From Hyaloraphidium curvatum SAG 235-1 (lineage: Eukaryota; Fungi; Monoblepharomycota), in assembly GCA_025558095.1 (NCBI GenBank), contig JAIVFI010000054.1:1-20093 (forward strand): a DNA stretch of 20,093 nt. The letters are read 5' to 3'. The notes beneath the pieces were generated by a model that ran no database searches, was not told where the DNA came from, and saw nothing but the letters and a program-made list of their open reading frames with translations. Shown here in pieces: positions 1-8,085 of the stretch. Every line of letters begins with the position of its first letter. Position 1 is the first letter of the stretch. A program made the translations under genes and the position numbers.

Positions 1-2997
1 CAACGTCAGCACCACCACGGCGCAGGACGGCACCTACATCTTCGAGAACCTGCGGCCGGGGACGTACACTGTGGCTGCAGTCACGCCGGACGGCTACGTG
101 AGCTCTCCCGGGGGGCCGATCGACATTCCCAATGTCAGTCTCGCGGACGGAGATGTCATGCTAGACAAGGACCTGGGGTTCGTGCTCGAGACCTCGACCA
201 CCTGGACTGTGACAGTTTCGGAGTCGGAAACACCGACCACTTCTCTCACGGCGACTTCGAGCACGAGCCTGACGATCAGCCTGACCACCGAGACATTGGT
301 TGGTTGCTTTGCGGAGGCGGGAATCAACTGAACTCACGCGACCGTTTGCAGACCACGGAGACTTCGAGCACCACGTCCGAATCTCTCACCGCGACGCCGA
401 CTAGCACGTCGGAGACGCAGAGCCGCACGGCGACGACGTCGGAGTCGCAGAGCTTGACGGCCACGACCAGCGAATCTGCTTCTGCAACCGCAACGACTTC
501 GGAGTCGCAGACCCCGACGGCAACAACCTCCGAGTCCCAGAGCTTGACAGCGACGACCAGCGAGTCTGCTTCTGAAACGGCAACGACTTCGGAGTCCCGG
601 AGCTTGACGGCGACGACGTCGGAGTCGGAAACACCGACCACTTCTCTCACGGCGACTTCGAGCACGAGCCTGACGATCAGCCTGACCACCGAGACATTGG
701 TTGGTTGCTTTGCGGAGGCGGGAATCAACTGAACTCACCCGATCTTTTGAAGACCACGGAGACGTCGAGCACGACGTCCGAATCTCTCACCGCGACGCCG
801 ACTAGCACGTCGGAGACGCAGAGCCTCACGGCGACGACGTCGGAGTCGCAGAGCTTGACGGCCACGACCAGCGAATCTGCTTCCGCAACCGCAACGACTT
901 CGGAATCGCAGACCCTGACCGCAACGACCTCGGAGTCACAGAGCTTGACAGCGACGACCAGCGAGTCTGCTTCTGTCACGACCAGCGAATCTGCTTCCGC
1001 AACGGCAACGACTTCGGAATCGCAGACCCTGACCGCAACAACCTCGGAGTCGCAGAGCTTGACAGCGACGACCAGCGAGTCTGCTTCTGTCACGACCAGC
1101 GAATCTGCTTCCGCAACGGCAACGACTTCGGAATCGCAGACCCTGACCGCAACAACCTCGGAGTCGCAGAGCTTGACAGCAACGACGAGCGAAAGCCAGA
1201 GCTTGACCGCAACAACCTCGGAGTCGCAGAGCTTGACAGCAACGACGAGCGAGAGCCAGAGCTTGACCGCAACAATCTCGGAGTCGCAGAGCTTGACAGC
1301 AACGACGAGCGAGAGCCAGAGCTTGACCGCAACGACCTCGGAGTCGCAGAGCTTGACAGCAACGACGAGCAAGAGCAAGAGCTTGACCGCAACAACCTCG
1401 GAGTCCCAAAGTCTGACGGCGACGACCAGCGAGTCGCAGAGCTTGACGGCAACGACCAGCGAATCTGCTTCCGCAACCGCAACGACTTCGGAGTCGCTCA
1501 CTTCGTCGACTTCGCTCACCGTTTCGCTCACGACGGAGACGCAGGTTGGTATCGTTCTGATGGTCGTTTTGGACTGAGAGTGCTGAGAAGAGTTGATTCC
1601 CGCAGACGACCGAGACCGTGACCTCGAGCACGACGTCCGAATCCTTCACAGGGTCGACGGTACGATCCTTTGCCTTGCTGCGGAAGTCGTGGCGGTTCTG
1701 ATGCTTTTAGGGTCCCAGACCTCCGGGTCGGCAACACCGAGCTCGACTTCGGTGACCCTGACCACGGAAACGCCGAGCTCCACCTCGGAGACGCTCTCCA
1801 GCACCTCGTTTACGCCGTCCAGCTCGACGCTTTCCAGCACCTCGGAGACGCTCTCCAGCACCTCGTTTACGCCGTCCAGTTCGACGCTTTCCAGCACCTC
1901 GGAGACGCTCTCCAGCACACGGAGACGTTCCCCCCCCCGCACCGTTTAGGAGACGCTCTCCAGCACCTCGTTTACGCCGTCCAGTTCGACGCTTTCCAGC
2001 ACCTCGGAGACGCTCTCCAGCACCTCGGAGACGCTCTCCAGCACCTCGTTCACGCCGTCCAGCTCGACGCTTTCCAGCACCTCGGAGACGCGGACGACCA
2101 GCTCGCTGACAGCCACAACGAGCGAGAGCTTGACCTTGACGGCCACGACGTCGGAAACCCCGAGCAGCAGCTCGCTGACCGCTACGACTTCGAAAACGCC
2201 GAGCAGCAGCTCGATGACAGCTACCAGCTCGTCGGAATCCATCACTTCGTCCACGGTGAGCTGCGTCGGGCTTGACTTGTTGGCTACGGTGCTCAACGCC
2301 CGTCCATAAGCTCACGCAGACGAGCTCGTCGCTCACCTCCTCGACGACGTCTCGAACGACCGTCTTGCCGGACCTGCCTCCGCCGACGACCACCTTCCGC
2401 ACGAGCACCTCGCGGTCCGAAACCCGGACGAGCATGACCTCCTCGCGCTCCGAAACCCGGACCGCCTCGCAATCCGAGACCCGGACCCGCTCCTCGACCT
2501 CCCTCAGCCTCACGGCGACCCGCACGAGCACGCAGAGCCGCACGCTCACCTCGACCTCGGCCAGTTCGACCTGCATACCCCCCGAGGGCGACTGCCTCGT
2601 CGACGAGGACTGCTGCGACCACTTCTCGGGGGGGAAGCACCTCCACGACGGGCGGCTCGGTATGCTACGAGGCGAGCGCAGGCAGGAAAGTCTGCTCGGG
2701 CCCCAAGTGCTCCTCCGCCGACTTTTTGCAGTGCGGCCTCTGCCTGGACAACTGCGGCACGGCCAAGAAGATCGCCGTGTGCAGCGCGTACAACGCCACG
2801 CTCAACAACGCTGAGGGGACGTGCGACAACGTCAGCGCAAACATGGGGGGCGGGCGTTGCCCGGGAACGATGGTGTGCTGCTTCGTCGGTGGGTGCCTTG
2901 CTCCGCCCGTTTCGGGAAACCGGCGGCTCACGCGCGCTCCGCCGCAGTTCCGTCGGTTCCCGCGGATGCGAACGGCGACTGCCCGTACGCCTCATGT
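1..2997 (+). CDS. 5'-partial multi-exon mucin/adhesin-like protein: SdrD-B/Cna-B-like domain, long Ser/Thr repeat stalk, C-terminal Cys-rich domain (3' end uncertain)
   Basis: From nt 2 the frame reads NVSTTTAQDGTYIFENLRPGTYTVAAVTPDGY...DKDLGF, matching the SdrD-B/Cna-B pattern TTTxxxGxYxFxxLxPGxYxV. GT-AG introns at 299-351, 700-752, 1545-1605, 1660-1718, 2256-2310 and 2889-2947 join the Ser/Thr frames in phase. There is a garbled in-frame segment with TAG at 1918-1949 and one extra G in the run 2628-2634. The stop codon was not confidently located. Confidence 0.75.
218..822 (+). repeat. 401-bp-spaced direct duplication that includes an intron
   Basis: The exon end + 53-bp intron + exon start at ~218-421 is repeated at ~619-822. 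Intron starts are at 299 and 700. Confidence 0.9.
395..1495 (+). repeat. Coding minisatellite, 30-bp unit (TATTSESQSL/TATTSESASA) with 60-bp and 114-bp higher-order units
   Basis: The 60-nt lines starting at 1201, 1261 and 1321 are nearly identical. GCGAATCTGCTTCCGCAAC recurs at 871, 985 and 1099 (114-bp period). Confidence 0.95.
1776..2090 (+). repeat. Coding tandem repeat, 57-bp unit (SSTSETLSSTSFTPSSSTL) with 21-bp sub-unit (SSTSETL)
   Basis: GCACCTCGTTTACGCCGTCCAG occurs at 1801 and 1858 (57-bp period) and again near 1963 and 2041. Confidence 0.9.
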
Positions 2998-3241
2998 GAG
3001 CGGGCGCGCGGGCGGGCCTCGGAAGGTTCGGATGGAAGGAAGCCGCTCGCGGGGGACGGGCTTCCCGAAGCTGCGGCATGGGACGGAACGTGCGGGGCGG
3101 TCGCAGCACGGCTTTTGTTGGATATCGTAGACGAGTACGGCATAGAGCCATTAGATGCTGCCTCTTTCGCGATATCTACAACGGGAACTCCCCTTCCCAC
3201 TTCCCGTCCATACTTAACCCTTCTTTCCCGCCCCTCGGCGA

Positions 3242-3972
3242 TCAGAGCGCGGCGAACGCGCCCGCCACTGCGGCCAACGCCGCGATCGCCCCCGCTTCCA
3301 CCCTCCCCGCGCCCGCCGGCCTCGCGGTCGATGTCGGCGCGGCAGGGCCCTGGGTGGTCGTCGGCTGCGCGGTGGGAGCCACGGCCGTCGTCCTGCCAAC
3401 GAATCGTTCAGCAATCGCCGTCGAGGGCGGAAGGAAGGGAACCCACGTGGCTTCGGGCGCCTCGGTGGTCCTGCTCAGCGCGGTAAGGATGCTGGCCACG
3501 CTGCCGGAATTGATCTGACGGCAGGCCTCCTGGAAGTCTGCCAGGGTTTTGTAACCGAATTCGTCTGCTCGCGAGAGAGGAGGAACGGGGTTGATCAGTG
3601 AGCAAGTCGGAGGGCGTGGCGAGAGGGGTAGGTACCGCAGGTGGAGATGCAGCCGACCGCCTGCGCCGAGTTATCGCCTGTCCCCATCACGCACAATCAG
3701 TCTTCCATCGTCATTGATCAGCACCGCGGCGGGAACCCACATGCGCACTTTGCCGGCGCCAGCGGATCCGAGTTCCCCTGCATGCACCCCGCGACCTTCA
3801 TACCAAAGTTCAGGCAGGCGTCGGTGGCGCAGCCGTTCTGCCGCGGCTGGATGCGCAAATGGGGGGAGGCCAATGCGAGGGCGGCGGCGTTGAGTTCGTC
3901 CGTGCGGGAGGCGAGGGCCAGGGGGGCGAAGAGGAGGATGGAGGCCAGAAGAAGGGCCGTTGCGTGCTTCAT
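3242..3972 (-). CDS. Secreted 8-Cys CFEM-like protein with Thr-rich stalk and GPI-type C-terminus (paralogue A)
   Basis: ATG 3972 gives signal peptide MKHATALLLASILLFAPLALA. Introns at 3678-3740, 3565-3635 and 3393-3446. Spliced Cys pattern C-x4-C-x9-C-x12-CxC-x8-C-x3-C-x14-C. Ends PAGAGRVEAGAIAALAAVAGAFAAL* (TGA 3242-3244). Confidence 0.8.
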
Positions 3973-4683
3973 GGGAAGAGAATGTTTGGGGAGGTGTTTC
4001 TGTTGCTGTGACTGGTTGCTGTCGAGTGCGGGTTGTCCTGCAGGGAGGAGGGCGCGAGGTGTCAACGCCGTTCCAGAACATCCGGCCCGTGCAGCCCATT
4101 GGGCAGCCAATCCCCCGCACTGCCGAGCACTCGAGAGCATCGCGCGCCGCCGCATTGGTCGTGCACTGGGGCATTTGCCCCCGCGGGCGGCCCCACTCCG
4201 CCGCCGCTCGCCCCGACGCCAGCAGCCGTCCCCCGCACGCAGCCCGTCTCGGGCCCTCTTCCCCGCTCCAGGCACACCCCGCGCACGCCGGGTAGCGTAC
4301 CTTTCCCGCTCTCTCTGCCTTGCTTTCGTTCGTGCGTGAATGTGATTCGGTGTGACTGGGTTGCGGCAATGGCTGTGCGCCATAGTCGGATCCCCGTGAT
4401 TTCCGCTGTGATTCACAAACTTGCCACCGCCACGCCCGGCCGGAACGGGAACTTCAAGCCGCAAAAAAAGGGAGGTTGGCGGAGGTGGACGGCATGTGCA
4501 CGGCAAGGTGGATAGATGGCTCGGGTGGGAACGCGGCCCGGCCGGCGGGCTTACACGGATCGCGCGGATCAATAAGCAACTCCCCCCCCTTGGTCCCCTT
4601 CCTCCTCCCCATAGACAACCCCCTTTCGATAGATACTCAGCTCCCCTCGGCAATCCGATGCCCGATCCCCCCAGATCCGGCCA

Positions 4684-5453
4684 TCAGAGGGCGGCAAACA
4701 CGCCCGCGACGCCGGCAAAACGCCGCCACGGCCACGACGCCGGCGCCGAGCTTGCCCGCGGCCGCGGGGCGCGAGGTGGTCACGGCGGTGGCGGTGGGGC
4801 CGGCGGTGGTGGTGGCCTGGGCGGTCTGGGTGGCGGCGGTGGTGGTGCTGTTTGGAGCGGGAGGCAGATCAGACACAGAAGGGTGCGTGGCGGTGCGTGG
4901 ACACGAACGTGACGACGGCGGTGGTCCGGCTGGCCAGCGAGCTCAGAATCGAATTGATCGTGGACAGGACGCTGGCGATGCTCGCGGAATTGGAGGTGAA
5001 CTCGGCACAGGCCTTGTTGAAGTCGTCGATGGAGTCGAAATCGAGCTCGCCTGCGTCCCGGCGTCGGGGAGTCAGCAAAGACGCAGGAGAGTGCGGCCCA
5101 AGGGAGACGCACTGCAGGTGGACACGCAGGCGGTGAATCCGCTGGGGTTGGCGCCTGCACCGCGCGGGGGCCTGGATCAGCAAAGGGCCGCGGGCGGCGC
5201 GGCAGGGAGACGCACAGGCGCACTTGTAGCCCGCCAGCGCGTCACCCGGGCTCTGCTGCACGCACTGGCCCAGGGCCTGGGCAAAGGCGAGGCAGGGCTG
5301 GGTGGCGCAGCCTGTCTGGCGAGCCTTGAGGTGCTTCTCCGAGAGGAAGGCGAGGGCGGCGGCGTTGAGCTTGTCGCGGGGGCTCGTGGACTCGGCGCGG
5401 GCGGAGCCGGCCAGGAGGAGCAGGCACAGGGCGAAGGCGGCGACGGCCTTCAT
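4684..5453 (-). CDS. Secreted 8-Cys CFEM-like protein with GPI-type C-terminus (paralogue B)
   Basis: ATG 5453 gives MKAVAAFALCLLLLAGSARA. Introns at 5155-5215, 5051-5112 and 4848-4908. Cys pattern C-x4-C-x9-C-x13-CxC-x8-C-x3-C-x14-C. Removing one base from the run 4717-4720 gives ...AAFAGVAGVFAAL*, matching paralogue A. Confidence 0.8.
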
Positions 5454-5993
5454 CGTTCTGTCGCGGGAGGAGTCGGCGGTGGGAATGGGTGGGAAGTGCC
5501 TGCCGCGGGAAGGGGAATCAGCCCCGACCGCGCGTCCGCCGGCCGGAAATCCACGGCGGAACCGACGGCAGCGCTTTTGCAGGCCCGCGGCACGCGGCTC
5601 CGCGCCAGGTGCCCGCGCGCCACGCGGGGGACCATCTGCCGTTGCGCCCTCCCGCGCCCCTCCGCCCGCCCCGCGCCGCACACCGCACCGCCCGCCCGCG
5701 CGCAGCACATAGCCCTTTTCCCGTCCCGCGCGGATACGTACCTCGGCTGTCCCGGCTTCGGGGGTGAGAAGCGGACGGTTCCGGGTTTTGGTTGCCGCAG
5801 CGAAGGCTGGGGCTGTGCTCGATCGGTGGCTTGGTACTGGCCGGCGGTCGGAGGGTCGGACCAGCAATGCTGTGCTTTCAGGCTCGATCGGAGGGAGGCA
5901 GACAACGCAGATGCGATGCCGGGGTTGCAGCGGGACCACCAATCGATGAGTTCCCTCGCCGTCTCACGGTTCCGGTAATGATGTCCCAAACCA

Positions 5994-7895
5994 TCATACA
6001 GCCAAAGCGCTGTCCTTCCGGTCGATGACCGCCTTCAGCTCGTCCGCAACCTGCCCGAACGTGGGCCTCTTGCCTGGGTCGGAATCCCAGCACCGCCTCA
6101 TCAGGCCCCACAGCGCCTCGGGGCACCGCTCTGGCCGCTCTGGCCGGAAATGTGGGTCCGTCCTGATCCGCTCCCCGAGCATCTGCGGCGACAGACCCTC
6201 GTCGAGCATCTCCATTTCCAAGGGGGTTTCGCCCTCGGAGAGGAACTCCCACATCGTCATGCCGAAGGCGTAGACGTCCGAGGGCCGGCCGCGGCGTCCT
6301 TCCCACACTAGAATCGCCGTTGAGAATCGCGATACGAAGGGACAGCCGCGTGATGCCCACCTTCAGGCGCCATGTAAGATGGTGTGCCCCCCACGAACAT
6401 GGTCTGCCTCGTCGACCCCGACCGGATCTTGCTCAGCCCGAAATCGGCGACCTTGGCCACCCCGTTCTCGTCCACCAGCACGTTGGCGCCCTTGAGGTCC
6501 GAGTGCAGGATCGGCATCGGCCTCGAATGCAGGTGGTTCATCCCCTTGGCGATCTGGAACAGCACGTCGGCGACGGTGGCGGGGTCCCAGCGCTTTGTGG
6601 TGAGGTAATCGGTGGCGGTGCCGTTGGCCATGAAGCGCGTGACCATGCAGAAGGGCTCCTTGCACCAGCCGATGAGGGGTTGGACTGCCGATCGCTCGTC
6701 AGCGACAGCGGGTGAGGCAAGGCGGAACAAGCGCACCGTTGTCGTGGTAGGGCAGAGCTCCCCACACCGTCATCTCCTGCTCGAAATCCGCCCTCTTCCT
6801 TTCCAGCAGCCGCGGCGTCCCCGCCATCTTGACGAGCTTCATCGCGACGCGGGTGTGCTTCTGGTACAGCCCCTCGAACACCTCGCCGAACGCGCCGGAG
6901 CCGAGGTACTTGCCCCTCTCCAGATCGGCGGGGAGGATCTCGTACGCCCCGTGGGGAGACAGCCCTCCTGGGGTGCCCGGCGAAGGCGGTGGAGCCGTTC
7001 GGATGTTGAGCTCGGCGAGCTCCTTCTCGAGCTTCAGCCTCTCGGCGAGCAGCGCGAGTTCCTTGGCCTTGGCCTCGTGCTCGAGCTCCGTCCGCCGGCG
7101 CTGCAGCTCGAGCTTCTCGCGCTCGTGCGCGAGGTCTTCATCCCGGCGGCGGCGCGCTTCGGCTTCCGCCTCTTGCTTCCGACGCGCCTCGGCCGCCATC
7201 CGGTTCCGCTCGGCCGCCTCGGCTTCCTCCCGCTGCTTTCGCGCCGCGGCTTCCGCCTCCGCACGCCGACGCTGCAGCTCGAGCTTCTCCCGCTCGTGCG
7301 CCAGCTCCTCCTCCCGGCGGCGCCGGGCCTCGGCTTCCGCTTCCTGCTTCCGGCGGGCTTCAGCAGCCACGCGGATGCGCTCGGCTGCGGCGGCCTCGCC
7401 GTTCGCTGCATCAATGGCTGATTGCGCCCTCTTGATGCCGACCATCGCATCCTGGTCACCGCCGGCCGATGCCTTCCGGTACAATTCCAGCGCCGTGGAT
7501 AGATCCTTGGGAACGCCTTTGCCGTACTCGTACATGTAGCCGAGGTTGAACTGCCCGTACGCGTTGCCCTGGTCGGCCGCCTTGCGGTACCACCGCACGG
7601 CCTCGGCATGGTCCTGGGCCACACCCTGTCCGTTCTCGTAGCAGAGTCCGAGGTTGAACTGCGCGTTCGCGAGTCCCTGGTCGGCTGCCTTGCGGTACCA
7701 CCGCGCGGCCTCGGCATGGTCCTGGGCCACCCCCTGTCCGTTCGCGTAGAGGAGTCCGAGATTGAGCTGCGCGTCCGCGAGTCCCTGGTCAGCCGCCTTC
7801 CGGTACCAACGCGCGGCCTCGGCGAGGTCCTCGGCCACGCCCTGTCCGTTCTCGTAGAGGAGTGCGACGCTAAACTGCCCGCCCGCGTGTCCCTG
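5994..7895 (-). CDS. SEL1-like repeat + coiled-coil + tyrosine-kinase-like (TKL) protein kinase; 5' end unresolved
   Basis: SEL1 repeats (AQFNLGLCYENGQGVAQDHAEAVRWYRKAADQG) and an E/R/A-rich helix. Kinase motifs LGSGAFGEV, VAMK, HSDLKGAN, DFG, GTPSYMAPE, SDVYAFG and CW...RP. Introns 6685-6736 and 6308-6360 restore the frame. Stop at 5994. Confidence 0.9.
7480..7895 (-). repeat. About four SEL1-like repeats, 108-bp coding unit
   Basis: The T(T)(G/C)CGGTACCA anchor recurs at ~7582, ~7690 and ~7798 (108-bp period = 36 aa). Confidence 0.9.
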
Positions 7896-8085
7896 TTGGC
7901 CGTGGGGAAAGGTCCCCTTCGCGCCGGTTGCCCAGCGAACGGGCACCCCTCCTTCCTGGTCTGATTATACATCCAGCGAGACAGCTGCAGTGCGAATCCC
8001 CAGATCTATCAGGCTCAATGCCATACATATGTCAATCCCAGGTCGAGTGCGGCCTCCGCACGATCCGATGCCGATCATCCCCCGT

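Noticed and set aside
725-1531. Antisense Val/Ala/Leu-rich repeat ORFs (VVAVKLCDSE)
   Set aside because: Automatic mirror of the Thr/Ser codon repeat; splice signals and the SdrD-like domain support only the + strand.
1918-1949. In-frame TAG and C-run, read as a true stop or a 23-bp micro-intron
   Set aside because: Looks like a garbled repeat unit. The frame is the same on both sides and splicing it would break the frame, so it is probably a sequencing error.
395-2090. CRISPR-like periodic repeats
   Set aside because: No unique spacers; all periods are multiples of 3 and encode Ser/Thr peptides; no cas genes; eukaryotic context.
4476-5978. 500-aa plus-strand ORF and the many other long Arg/Pro/Gly-rich ORFs
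   Set aside because: Shadow ORFs caused by high GC, antisense or off-frame to recognisable spliced genes, with no motifs.
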